A DNA stretch of 63,936 nt, counting the filler, from Octopus bimaculoides (lineage: Eukaryota): NCBI RefSeq assembly GCF_001194135.2. It is 7 parts of 5 records of this genome, joined end to end, with 100 filler letters (N's around TTAATTAATTAA, not from the genome) between each part and the next. Parts side by side here need not be neighbours in the genome. Positions count along the whole stretch, not along the records: positions 12,191 to 23,599 come from NC_068991.1; positions 23,700 to 36,458 come from NC_068982.1; 5 more parts are not named here. One strand, 5' to 3'. Numbering within the stretch: position 1 is the stretch's first letter; each line of letters starts with the position of its first letter. The notes beneath the pieces are model-generated. The model did not search any database. It worked only from the letters and a program-made list of their open reading frames with translations, and was not told the DNA's origin. A program made the translations under genes and the position numbers. Below are positions 14,254-27,239 of the stretch, one piece after another.

Positions 14254-16233
14254 CTTTTGAGAAAGAAATGAACCTTTGTAGACAATTTAAACACAAAAGT
14301 TCATGAATTAAATCATATAGTTACTCCTTCAGAAACACCTAACTGATACTGGTAGCATGCTGCTACTAGATATAAGTCGAAAATACTCTCTAAGATTGAA
14401 GCACAAGTTTGTTGATTTCAGTTATAATATTTGACAGGAGGTATACTTTCGGAAACTATCCACTTTATTTAGTTCTTTATATATACAGCTGAAATCGTTT
14501 GCCCAGCAGAAGTCAGCATAATATTAAAGGTTTTGAAAGATCTGCAAGTACAAAATGTTTTGATTTCTACTAATAACCACTGCAGATATTAACTGTGTGT
14601 NNNNNNNNNNNNNNNNNNNNNNNNNNNNNNNNNNNNNNNNNNNNNNNNNNNNNNNNNNNNNNNNNNNNNNNNNNNNNNNNNNNNNNNNNNNNNNNNNNNN
14701 NNNNNNNNNNNNNNNNNNNNNNNNNNNNNNNNNNNNNNNNNNNNNNNNNNNNNNNNNNNNNNNNNNNNNNNNNNNNNNNNNNNNNNNNNNNNNNNNNNNN
14801 NNNNNNNNNNNNNNNNNNNNNNNNNNNNNNNNNNNNNNNNNNNNNNNNNNNNNNNNNNNNNNNNNNNNNNNNNNNNNNNNNNNNNNNNNNNNNNNNNNNN
14901 NNNNNNNNNNNNNNNNNNNNNNNNNNNNNNNNNNNNNNNNNNNNNNNNNNNNNNNNNNNNNNNNNNNNNNNNNNNNNNNNNNNNNNNNNNNNNNNNNNNN
15001 NNNNNNNNNNNNNNNNNNNNNNNNNNNNNNNNNNNNNNNNNNNNNNNNNNNNNNNNNNNNNNNNNNNNNNNNNNNNNNNNNNNNNNNNNNNNNNNNNNNN
15101 NNNNNNCGAGAATGTTTCAACTGTAGGAAACAGTAAAACTTCTAAATTTTCGGTCACTATATGAAACCACAATTCATCCAACGGATTCAAAACATTTTCC
15201 ACGAATCGGGAACAGCGAAGTGGGCCACTTCAGATGTTAGAATGGATTATCAGAACTGTGGTGCCCGACGACATTCGCTGTACTGAGTTGCGGCAAATTC
15301 ATATTTGCAAAATCACAAATCAACCGTTTGATTTGTGCCCTATTTAACAAGGTTTTTTAAAAAAACCACGAATATGCTATGCTTTTATTCTTCTCTGATT
15401 AGAAAAAACGTTGACTAAGGCCAAAAGTGTAAGAGAAGAGATGACAGATGGTTATGTTCAGATTCTTCTGATCTCTCCATATTGAACTACTAGGTTTGAA
15501 ACATTGTTAAAAGGGCGACTATTTGATATCTTTACAATGCCAATGCTATACGGAAGGCCGCCATTGTCTGTAGGTTCCAGAGCGTCTGTAGGTTCCACAC
15601 GGAAGGTATCTGCTTATATTGAATGATGAGGACAAATTTCAAATATTCTCGTGCTGAGCTCAGACCGAGGAGTACTCAAAAGAAGCCAGTCTTTACTTCA
15701 CGAACAAGATAAAGAAAAAACGCTACGAGTCGAAGTCCAAAGCTCACAAACTAAAGAAGATTCAACATATACCATCTACTTCCATCAAAATACTTCATGC
15801 AGATGCAATGTAAATTGTAGCAATCAAGTATAAGAATGTTTAGAGTGTGGTATAAAAAAAAATACGCAAACAGCTGTCATCCACATACAAGGTCACCACA
15901 ACTAATGGAGCGAGGACGGCCACCGTTATTGTAAAGCCAGACATCGCGCCAATACTGCTGTTGAATATGAGAGGTTTGTTGCAGCTTAGCATTAAAAACA
16001 ATATCTCATATATGAGACACTTTTCTACAGCACTTACGAAATAATTTATATAGCAATTAAAGTAATATATCTATCAGAGTAAATAAATCGTGCAGAGAAA
16101 CACATGTCTAAGTATGCTGTGTTTCATACTGACAGAGAAAAAATGCCACGGAGGAGTTGCCATGTACATCTGTGAAAATGTTACAGCCTTAACCTTGTTG
16201 GCGTATTCAAACTAAGTCTGTAACACAGTCATT

Positions 16234-16548
16234 GTGTATATAAAACACTTAGATGTAATAATATTCACACTATACCGTCCACCTGATACTGCAAATCATG
16301 ATGGAAAATTTAAGGAAGGCCAAAAAATGATAAAAGTACAAATGAAACTAGATCAAAATATTAATGTACTTCAAATGGAGTTCATTACCAGAAGGCCCGA
16401 GGGCCACATAATTTCAGGAATGACACGGAAAGAACAAAATAAAGTAAAATCTATGATCGATCTTAGGAAAAAGATGTTCATGGAACAAACAATACTATTT
16501 CCGATACGGAACATCAATATCCTAGACTTCTGCATCATAAAAACGTGA
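16234..16548 (+). pseudogene. APE-type endonuclease fragment of a LINE (CR1/L2-like)
   Basis: IIFTLYRPPD at the start and EQTILFPIRNINILDFC at the end correspond to the YRPP and Q..PTR..NILDL motifs of LINE APE domains. The GDFN region appears deleted. Confidence 0.65.
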
Positions 16549-17419
16549 AACTTTGGAAAGAATGAGAAACCATGGCAGTTGAAAATATAAAACTAACTCT
16601 AAGGTTTTCAACAAATTTGCAAAACAATTTGCCGTTGTGCGTTACAAGCTCTGTAGCCATAAGCATGCGAATGTTGTTTGCGTATCTTTTATATCTCGCT
16701 TTAAACATTTTTATACTTGACTGCTACAATTTACATTGCATCTGCATATTGTATCGTGGTCTGCCTCTAGTATGACCATCTTGATTGTTTATGACCGTAT
16801 TCAGTGACATCTCCTTAACGGCGCTGTGTGGTGTGTGTGTGTGTGTGTGTGTGCGCGCGCACGTCTATGTATGTGTTCATGTCAACATATGTATACTTAC
16901 CTTTCTTCATTTTATTTTTTAACTAATCTCCTTTGTCATTTTTTATTCTGTTTTTTTATTACTTTACTCTGTCATGTATTCACGGTGAAATATAGCCAGA
17001 CCCATTTACCGGTTATAACCCAGAAATTGCTTCTATCCCCTATCAGTATAGCCAACAACTTACTGGTGACCACAACATGCCAAGCGAAACAAGTATATTT
17101 AGCGAAGTATCTTATTTAAAACGAGACACCCAACGAGATGCATTCTGCACTGAAGGATGCAACGCAACTAGCTGTACAATGTCCTATCCGCAAGGGATGC
17201 AGGATGGGTCGAAACGATCGTTGTTTTCAATAATGAATTTTGCCAACTCTATTTTCCGCTTCCCTCATTCATTATAAACTCAACAAAAACGTCGGAATTC
17301 CTGACATAGATCCAGTGACACTTATATTATAACTCTGGATGACATCAGGTAGTCAAAACTGTGAAAGTGCTTTAATCAGCATACTACTAACCATACACCC
17401 AAGGTCCAAATAATTACTT

Positions 17420-17489
<70 letters not shown>

Positions 17490-18127
17490 NNNNNNNNNNN
17501 NNNNNNNNNNNNNNNNNNNNNNNNNNNNNNNNNNNNNNNNNNNNNNNNNNNNNNNNNNNNNNNNNNNNNNNNNNNNNNNNNNNNNNNNNNNNNNNNNNNN
17601 NNNNNNNNNNNNNNNNNNNNNNNNNNNNNNNNNNNNNNNNNNNNNNNNNNNNNNNNNNNNNNNNNNNNNNNNNNNNNNNNNNNNNNNNNNNNNNNNNNNN
17701 NNNNNNNNNNNNNNNNNNNNNNNNNNNNNNNNNNNNNNNNNNNNNNNNNNNNNNNNNNNNNNNNNNNNNNNNNNNNNNNNNNNNNNNNNNNNNNNNNNNN
17801 NNNNNNNNNNNNNNNNNNNNNNNNNNNNNNNNNNNNNNNNNNNNNNNNNNNNNNNNNNNNNNNNNNNNNNNNNNNNNNNNNNNNNNNNNNNNNNNNNNNN
17901 NNNNNNNNNNNNNNNNNNNNNNNNNNNNNNNNNNNNNNNNNNNNNNNNNNNNNNNNNNNNNNNNNNNNNNNNNNNNNNNNNNNNNNNNNNNNNNNNGAAC
18001 AGTTCATATGCAACGTTGTATATAAAGAAAATGATCAATCAAACCGGCAAATAGGGATAGTAAGAACATGTACTCGAATACATACAAAGTAGGACAAACA
18101 TATTGCTATCTATCTATCAATCTATCT

Positions 18128-18497
18128 GTGGAGGCGCAATGGCCCAGTGGACTCGCGGTCATAGGATCGCGGTTTCGATTCCCAGACCTGGCGTTGTGAG
18201 TGTTTATTGAGCGAAAACACCTAAAGATCCACGAGGCTCCGGCAGGGGAATGTGGCGAACCCTGCTGTACTCTTTCACCACAACTTTTTCTCACTCTTTC
18301 TTCCTGTTTCTGTTGTGTCTGTATTTCAAAGGGTCAGCCTTGTCACACTGTGTCACGCTGAATATCCCCGAGAATTACGTTAAGGGTACACGTGTCTGGG
18401 GTGTGCTCAGCTACTTGCACGTTAATGTCACGTGCAGGCTGTTCCGTTGATTGGATCAACTGGAACCCTCGACGCCGTAAGCGACAGAGAGCCAACA
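18128..18497 (+). mobile_element. tRNA-derived SINE family B (tRNA-Arg-like head)
   Basis: GGAGGCGCAATGGCCCAGTGG...GGTTTCGATTCCC head; about 90% similar to the inverted copy at 46406-46790; flanked on both sides by (TATC)n. Confidence 0.9.
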
Positions 18498-18895
18498 CAC
18501 ACATCAATCTATCTAACTACCTATCTATCTATCTAGAGAAGGAGAGAGAGAGGGAGAGAGAGAGAGAGAGAGAGAGAGAAAAGAAATTGTGTTGTGTAGG
18601 TGCAATGGTTTGCCCAACAGCTGTCGACGTATTATATTTAAGCTTAGTCAGAAAGCGAACATCTGTGCCAAATAGAATAGAAATTTGCAGGTGCTCGATC
18701 TAAGTTTATATTTTTGCATTTCTAGCAATAATCATTGCAAAATTTATCTCCATGGCTAACTGCCTAAGTACCAATGGTGGGAGTGACAAAACCTTCAAAT
18801 ACACGTCTATTCAGATTTCAGTTCCAAGCTGCCACAGGTACCGTCAAACTATATAAAATAGAAATACCATCTATGCCTGTGCCGTAGCATATATG

Positions 18896-18938
<43 letters not shown>

Positions 18939-20709
18939 NNNNNNNNNNNNNNNNNNNNNNNNNNNNNNNNNNNNNNNNNNNNNNNNNNNNNNNNNNNNNN
19001 NNNNNNNNNNNNNNNNNNNNNNNNNNNNNNNNNNNNNNNNNNNNNNNNNNNNNNNNNNNNNNNNNNNNNNNNNNNNNNNNNNNNNNNNNNNNNNNNNNNN
19101 NNNNNNNNNNNNNNNNNNNNNNNNNNNNNNNNNNNNNNNNNNNNNNNNNNNNNNNNNNNNNNNNNNNNNNNNNNNNNNNNNNNNNNNNNNNNNNNNNNNN
19201 NNNNNNNNNNNNNNNNNNNNNNNNNNNNNNNNNNNNNNNNNNNNNNNNNNNNNNNNNNNNNNNNNNNNNNNNNNNNNNNNNNNNNNNNNNNNNNNNNNNN
19301 NNNNNNNNNNNNNNNNNNNNNNNNNNNNNNNNNNNNNNNNNNNNNNNNNNNNNNNNNNNNNNNNNNNNNNNNNNNNNNNNNNNNNNNNNNNNNNNNNNNN
19401 NNNNNNNNNNNNNNNNNNNNNNNNNNNNNNNNNNNNNNNNNNNNNNNNNNNNNNNNNNNNNGAATAAACTAACTGGAACTAAACATAAAGTTTGAATGTT
19501 AAAATTCTTCATTCTCCTTATTATCAGCATTGTATTTTACACTCTAAGTAGCCAAGAGCAAAAAATGCAACATCGGATGGGAGTTGATGGAAATGTATCA
19601 TAAAATGCACCATCTGAAGGAATCAGCTTTGGCATTTTACATTTTACATTTGGCAATTCGGTATATCCCTCCTCTTATTGCAGATATAAATATATATACA
19701 TATGCCTTGTATGTGTATTACAAAAGTAGACGGCTTTGAAGTCAACTCGAATTCCTGAAAGCGACGAGTTTACATCTTCATAATGCATATGCATATCAGT
19801 TATTATATATCAAATTTATGCTGGTTGGGTAAGTGGTGCAATCGAAAGGCTTCATATGTAAAATGTGAACACCTCGAGCTGCTATTTGTATAAGAAAGAG
19901 AAAATGATTCTTCCCTAATGTCCGAAATGTTAGCTGTTGAAGATATGCAATTGTTTTTGTTTTTTTAATCTTTTTTCTCTGAAATGCAGGGACTAACTCT
20001 GGTTCTGCTGCCTCATTCATTTCATCTGTTAGTTTTTCACTATGATACTAGAGTTTATTTGAGAGTTGGCTACAGTCTAATCTTTAACGCTCCATACCAT
20101 AATAGACAAAAATGTTGTATGTTTTTATTCTTATATCTAAACACTGGCAAGTGCTTTGTGTATCTTTTCTTGAAGACATTTTCAGTCAATCATACGTAAG
20201 TATTTGTGGGCCCATCCATGCCAGTGATATCAGCAGTGTAACACAGTACATTTTCAAGGCACATATTCAGAGGACAGTTATCAGGGAGTCTATATTTATA
20301 AGATCAATATGGGCTCTTCCTCATACACTTGTACTTACTGACACTGAAGGTCAATAAACAATTTTTGGGGAGACAACTATAGTTTATGTTAAACGTGTTT
20401 CTAGTGAAACTCGTGGTATATATGTGAGCGTGGAAAATAGATGTTAAAATTTTCAGAAATCGTCAAGGGATGTTTGTTAAAACGTACACTCTGAATAGAG
20501 GGTCATATCTCAAATGTTTCTTAGGCCAACATCATTTTAGACTAAATTAATTCAGTCAAAATGAGTATAGTTAAATTTGGTTTGATGCAAGTCTTATTGT
20601 TATTAACATTTGAAGTTTCTACAGCGGCGTTGCAGCGTGTATTGTTACTTCTGAAACTAATTGACAGTTTTAATAATCAACAACCAAATGGATATACATA
20701 CATAGATGC

Positions 20710-20772
<63 letters not shown>

Positions 20773-21118
20773 GAGTTTTTGTATTGTAACGTAGCGCATT
20801 AAGGAAAATATATATTGAACACAAGTGAATGCTGATTTTTACTCATATAATTAGAATACAATCAGTGGAGAATAATAAAAAAAAGAAATTTATAAAACGT
20901 GGATTCAAAAGTACGCCCAAAGATACTTATCAAAATGTTCGCCATTTTTTCTATTTAATGTAATGATCAGTTCGGGACAGGGTAGATCGGCACACCTTTT
21001 GGCACAATTCTGTGTCGATCTCACGGACAGCATTTTGTAATACAGTTCTATATTTAAGAGATGAGGAATTATGTACATTATTTACATTTGACGGATATTT
21101 GGCCTCATCTTGTTTGCT

Positions 21119-21168
21119 GTTAACAAAAGGTTTCGGCTGATATACCTTCCAGCCTCCATCATGTGTCT
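21119..21168 (-). ncRNA. Degenerate minimal type I hammerhead ribozyme
   Basis: GACAC-(a)TGATG(g)-a-GGCTG gaaggtatat CAGCC-GAAAC-(c)TT-ttGTT. Stem II is a perfect 5 bp and GAAAC is intact; there are two core mismatches plus stem III and stem I mismatches. Confidence 0.55.
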
Positions 21169-21211
21169 TGGGAAAATTTCGAACCTGGGTTCTCAATCCT
21201 AAGGTATTTTC

Positions 21212-21270
21212 CGAACTCTGAATCTTAGGGTTAGTAGTCCACGTTCTTAATCACTACGCTATATGCCCGT
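21212..21270 (-). ncRNA. tRNA-like segment (Pol III A box, partial B box) within the Penelope 3' region
   Basis: GACGGGCATATAGCGTAGTGATTAAGAACGTGGACTACTAACCCTAAGATTCAGAGTTCG. TAGCGTAGTGA fits TRGCNNARYGG at 10/11, there is an anticodon-loop-like CTACTAA, and GAGTTCG starts a B box. Confidence 0.55.
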
Positions 21271-21839
21271 CGGCGATTACGGAGTGAATTTTTAGAGCTT
21301 ATAAATCAAATATTTTCCTATCCTTCCTTAATACCGGTTCCTATATGCTATTTATATCTGCACTCGGTCTGCTTAGGAGGTTGTTGTGTCCTAGCATATG
21401 TGCTGCTTCTTTCCAGTAGTGTTCTCTGTCTATTATTTGAACTTCATCCCACAGGGGGAGGTGGTCTCCACTTTTCCATACATGATCAGCTATATCTGAT
21501 TTATCAATTTCTCCTCGTGTCACAGCTTTGCGATGTTCCTCTACCCTTATTTTGAAGGGCCGGCATGTTTCGCCTTTATATAACCAACCACAGAAGCATG
21601 GGATGGAGTACACGCAGTTTTTGGTTATATTCTCTTCTATTAGTGGTTTTACTCGAAGGAGATATTTGCGAAGTGTTGTATTACTCTTGAATACTGTCCT
21701 GATGTCATATGGGCCGCATATCTTCTGTATCTTTTCGGGGAGGCCTTTCACATAGGGTACACAGACTGTATACAGTTTATTGGTTTTATCCTCTCTTTTC
21801 TTCATAATTGAAGTAGATAGTATGTTTTGGGGCTAGTTG

Positions 21840-22110
21840 TTGCAACAACTCCAAAACATTCTATCATATGTAAATAAAGCATTTTGTATTTTCCCTCGAA
21901 GCTGATCAACAGTACGTGGATTGTAACCGTATACCAGATTTGTTTCATACTCCCCAAAGAAAAAGTCACATGGGGTGAAGTCGGGCGACCGGGCTGACCA
22001 TTCAACTGGCCCTCTTCGTCCAATCTACGCGCCAGGAAAATTGTCTTCCAGCCACTGCTGGACTGGCAATGAATAATGTGGATCTCCCATTGATCTCTGA
22101 GTTATTGATC
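21840..22110 (-). pseudogene. Tc1/mariner transposase C-terminal fragment, DD41D (rosa/Visitor)-like
   Basis: Manual translation gives PHYSLPVQQWLEDNFPGA*IGRRGPVEWSARSPDFTPCDFFFGEY...PRTVDQLRGKIQNA. The reconstructed spacing from the degraded second D to the third D is about 41. Confidence 0.75.
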
Positions 22111-22328
22111 GAAAGACTTTAATGCTATGCTGCGTTACATTACAAACACCTTATACATACATACACACACACACACACATCATATATATATATATGTACA
22201 TCTAGATATGTATGTATATTCGTACATATGTATGAATTCATGCACGTATATACAGGTATATGTTTATATATGTTTATCAATGAATATGTGTGTGTGTGTG
22301 TGTGTGCGTGTGTGTGTGTGTGTGTGTC

Positions 22329-22372
<44 letters not shown>

Positions 22373-22715
22373 CTTTGGATGGAATTTATGAAAATTTAAT
22401 GCCTCACTACGCGCTTTCCAGAATCACACTTCTCTTAAGATCATACACCGTATTCTTGGTTTCAATTATAGTATAGTGCGTAGTATCCGTGGGCAGTGGG
22501 TTGATCATTTTCATGAATTCATTTTTTTTCTGGCGATATAACATTAATATATGCTGAACAGAGGTATGCCTATCCCTTTTGACCAGTGCGAAGGTTGATT
22601 GAGTTATGTGTATTTAGTGGAGAGGAAGGGAAGGTGATGGAAAGAGAGGAATGAATAGTAGTCATATGCGGATGGAGGTGTGTGACGTGTTGGACTAATT
22701 TTGCTATTTCTGCAG

Positions 22716-22760
22716 ATGTCAAGGATGGGTGGTACATTCCTTTCTACGATCTCATTTAAG
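22716..22760 (+). CDS. Candidate 45-nt exon
   Basis: Acceptor TTTTGCTATTTCTGCAG and donor AAG/GTATGA; two frames are open (MSRMGGTFLSTISFK or CQGWVVHSFLRSHL). I recognise no homology. Confidence 0.2.
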
Positions 22761-22974
22761 GTATGACTTTCTTCAATGAATTCCGAATTAAACAGGCCAA
22801 TTGGTAAGCTACTACAGCCATTAGCCGTTGAGGTTTATTGTCTGAAATGATAAATGATACTTTTTTTAAGGTCATCTTTTAATTGTTTCTGTTGGTGTAG
22901 TGTATAGCATCATAAATATTGGCTGGTCTGTTTGTTTACTTGTTTGCGTTCCTTCTGTTGTTCTATAATATACT

Positions 22975-23599
22975 AAGGGCATCAATGTTATTCCGTTTAA
23001 AAATGCTTTTTCAGACTTCTGCCCTTAGGCAACAGTCTGCTGACCGGCGTCTACTCCTGGTGTCGTACTGCCATGGGATGCGTATTTGTTTTGCAGTGCT
23101 TCTCCCCTATTTGTCGATTTTTGCGATGGTTGGAACGAAAGAACACCATGCTTCCGTGATTAAGTTCCTCATCATCCGAAAAGTGCTTCCCTTTAAATAA
23201 AAACTTCATGGTTGGAAAGATGTGAAAGTCAGATTGTACGACGTCGGAAGAGTAAGAGGGGTGAGGTACGCAGAAGTGTGCTTTCGTCTTGGCCACGTGT
23301 GAACTCGGACGTTGTTTTGGAGGAGGCAAACGACTTTGGTTATCATGCCATGCTTCTCTGCTTTGATGGTGTCCCGCAATTTCTGCAGCAGAGAAGCATA
23401 ATATGCTCTGTTAATTGTGGTGCCCTTTGCCGGAAAATCCATCATTACTACTCTGCGCCTGGGAGCAATTGACTCGTTCCTCCTTCTGAAAGGGTGTGAG
23501 CATCCGAGGAATCCATCGTGTAGACAACTTCCGCATGAGCAAATGGTCGTGAATAATTTTTTCCACGGACCCTACACTTATTATTATCTCTTTTTGGGC
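22975..23599 (-). pseudogene. mariner (DD34D) transposase remnant with internal deletion
   Basis: GSVEKIIHDHLLMRKLSTRWIPRMLT is followed abruptly by MDFPAKGTTINRAYYASLLQKLRD...LQNN and HPSYSSDVVQSDFHIFPTMK. These are the WVPREL and YSPDLAPSD motif equivalents; the first-D region is missing. Confidence 0.9.
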
Positions 23600-23721
23600 N
23601 NNNNNNNNNNNNNNNNNNNNNNNNNNNNNNNNNNNNNNNNNNNTTAATTAATTAANNNNNNNNNNNNNNNNNNNNNNNNNNNNNNNNNNNNNNNNNNNNT
23701 ATATATATGTGTGTGTGTATG

Positions 23722-23760
<39 letters not shown>

Positions 23761-26700
23761 ATACCACGTGCAGGTACATTAGTTTTCTAACACAATCTTT
23801 GAAACTATTTTTCTATGAAATGTAATTTCGCATCCGTTTTGTTTTGCATTCATTTGTTGCAGCAAATAGTCGACAGAGGAAGTACGAGCAGACATCAGAA
23901 TGAAACAATTGACAAACGATAAATAGAAAGTAAGGGGAATAGTATGAAGAAATGGTGGAAAGAGAAAGGTGGCTTAACAAATGAGAGACACCCAAGTTTA
24001 ATAATACCAAAAAGGTGTTGCAACCATACTTTAGAAATGTATCCGAAACAATATAATCAAATGAATTTCGTCCCAAATATAAACCTTTCTGTGACAGAAT
24101 TTTTTCCCAAGTTGGGTAAAGCGTCAAGAATCCAATTTTCCGTGCAATATTCTTGTTTAATTCAATTAGCTGCAATATTCTGAGAAATGTTATTAACAAT
24201 GCCATAAAGTTATGGTGCAGTGTAATGCGTCTCCAGAATATATAATGTATCTTTGATTTGTCTTACTATTCCGAGGAACAGCAGAATATATTTGAAAGAT
24301 TGCTAACTTAGCAATTTTGTTTGTTTTGTGTTATTGGTAGGAAACAAATAATTTTTCTTTTGTTCGGTTTCTATTTTGGCATTACTTTTATTTGCATTTG
24401 TGTAACATAAAATTGTGACGAAACTGTACCTATAATTCAAAGAGAGCATGTTTTATTTCGAGATGTGACATCGAAAGTGAAAGTAATGGTTTCAGAATTA
24501 AAAGTTTGTACATTGTAGTAAGTATAGTAATTTTAAACTAGGAATAACGATTTCAAAATCACGTATAACCACTCCTAAGTGATTCAGGTGCAAAACGGCT
24601 TATTTATATAACTTCCAAAACATCATAACATCATTTGTAATGTGAACTTAACTGGTTAATTATAGGTTTTAACCAGACTAGCAAAAACGTCATCTCGTGG
24701 TTATACTATATCCCACGAATTTGATCATTTTATTTATTTATTGTTTATTTTTTTAATGAGAATCTAGTACGATAATGGCACTCAGTGCTGATTTTTTGAG
24801 AATATTATATGGGATGGAAACTTTTGTAACATCTGCAAAACTGTTTCTTACAACTGCATTAATTTCTACTGGGAAAGTATTTCATTACTATGAATTTTGT
24901 TCCTGGGAAGCATTGATATTTAAGTTAGCAATTTTTATCGCTTAATCAGGAGGAGAAGTCAATACCCATGGGAAATTTTATGGCTTTCGAGGATGGTAGG
25001 AGAGGATAGAATATATTCTTGAGCCAGAGATCTGGACCAAATGCTTAAAGCAGCTTAAGCTCTGCAAAAGGCAGGTCCAAGAACCAGGAGATGGTGTGAA
25101 ATGTTAAATCGAGCGAAGGAATAAATCTACCTTCATTTTACTACAACGAATTCAAATTATAACAGGTGCAAGTACCGCAACGAATCTCATCAAACTCTAA
25201 CCATTCGACCATTCCACCGGCTTAAACTGTTATTGAAATTATTGGAAGAATGAACGGCAGAGTTCACGTTGTTGAGATTTGAACTCAGAACGCTAGACAT
25301 CGGAATGACTACCACAAGTCACTTCGTCCGAAGCTCTGACGACCGTGCCATATTGCTGTTCGCTGTGTCTGTCCAAGCTTCTCATCTTGTACCATAAAAT
25401 GTGATATAAGTATAAACACAGAAAGGTGAAATAAGATATAAACTTGTGGGAAAACAACTCTTGAAGTATGTAAAAGTCACGATTCCTAATATTGTTCATA
25501 TTTACAGGACTAAAATATGGATATGTTTCGAACCTCCTTCAATTGCATATTATTTGAGATAGAATAAGCAAACTAGAACACAAATTGTTGACAGTTCATG
25601 GTTACATCTAGGTTGGCTAAAAGCGTAACTTCATTCCAAAGGAATTTCCAAACCGAATCATTAGCAAACATTAATTAACCGGATCCCATTGTTATATTCA
25701 GTGAGAATGGCCACTGCTTGGGCCTTTCCAATTTAGACAAGAATTATGATCTTTAATGAAAAAAAGTCATTATTGGTCAAAATTTTCCAACATTAGTTTT
25801 TCAGTTGTTCGATCAACTAAAGTCATTAAATTAGCATGTTAGTGGATGAATATTCTAGAGGGACGAACACATACATTTAACATAAATTTCATAGGTAATC
25901 AATGTACACACACACATGCGTATTCATATATATGTACATATGTATATACGAATGCATATCAGTGTGCACGTGCACACATGCATGCGCGTTCAGAAGGAAA
26001 GACGCTTAAATCACAATTTCGATACATGAGACGGGCATCCAAAGCTTCCATCTTACCCAAACCCGGGACCTCGTGTTTGCAAAGTGAACTTTTTAACCAT
26101 TTGGCAAATACAGCACCTATTATGACGGAATATGAATATACTGTTCATACATTGACACATTCTTGTTTAAAACTAGTGTATTTCTGATTTATCAATAATC
26201 ACTTTACTATGATTTATTCATTCTTTCAATGTCTTTGAATTCTGCAGAAGGGAACTAAATGAAGGGAAAGTAACACTAACAACCAGAAGTGAGAGACAAA
26301 AATTAGCAGGCGATCACAAGGCTGTTCCAACGGGTCGTTATTGTTTATGGACAGCATTTCATGATTTGTATCTTTCTATTACTTTATTTGTCTCTTTCCA
26401 TGTAACGCCATGTAACGCAACTCATTCAAGCAAAATGTATCCAGTTTACATTGATATTTGGTGATGCGATTGACCTATAGATTTTTTCTTGAGTTATTTC
26501 TACAACTGCTAATCAATCTGAAATGTCACAGTCGTCGTTAATTGCTCTTTGAAATAAGCTGTAGTCTCTCATATGAGTCCCCGTCTATCAAATGTCTCAT
26601 AAGAGAATGTTAGTTAATGATAATTGCTGCCCAGGACCGAACGAATCATAAAATTTACTTGTTTCTATCTTAAACTATGAAACTATATGCTAATGCAATT

Positions 26701-26860
26701 GTTTAATAGTATATACAAATGAAAGTAATTGCGTATGTATGTGTACGTGTATGTGTAACAATATATACACTCATGCATCTATCAATCTATTCATACAGAT
26801 TTATAACCGAATAAATAATACATACATATATATACACATATGTATATGCATACATGGAAG

Positions 26861-26914
<54 letters not shown>

Positions 26915-27239
26915 TGTGTGTGTGTGAGTGTACATATATATGCATAGATACATGGATACATACATACATACATACACATACATACATACATACATACATA
27001 CATACATACATACATAGTTCAGATTTACAGAAAATAAAAGATGAGGATAGGTAAGAGAACAACGAGCTGGTGTGTTAGTTTGACGCTCGGAGAGAATGGA
27101 GAAGTCTTCGACGTTTTGAGCCGACACTTTTCGACAAAATTTGTTGAGAGGTAAAAATGGAGAGAACGAAAAAAGAACAGTGAGAGAAAAACTGTGTAGG
27201 GATTAACGATTCAACATATATATATATATCAAATCAGTT

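Larger units (their letters stand above)
21020..21810 (-). mobile_element. 5'-truncated Penelope-like element: GIY-YIG domain, 3' region and degenerate hammerhead
   Basis: ORF 21341-21805 contains VPYVKGL...NCVYSIPCFCGWLYKGETCRPFKIRVEEH...SDIADHVW...WKEAAHM, a Penelope-type GIY-YIG endonuclease with its upstream linker. Confidence 0.85.

Noticed and set aside
15480-15970. Possible decayed LINE coding sequence with a 17-bp duplication (GTCTGTAGGTTCCA)
   Set aside because: No contiguous motif could be reconstructed.
18128-18200. Functional tRNA genes (also 46720-46790 and 60280-60350)
   Set aside because: The tRNA-like heads continue into SINE bodies and lack a proper acceptor stem; the 18128 copy also has a 12-nt deletion in the D arm.
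27075-27140. Possible fifth hammerhead (CGACGTTTTGAGCCGACACTTTTCGACAA)
   Set aside because: Both core segments are too mutated to support from this copy alone.
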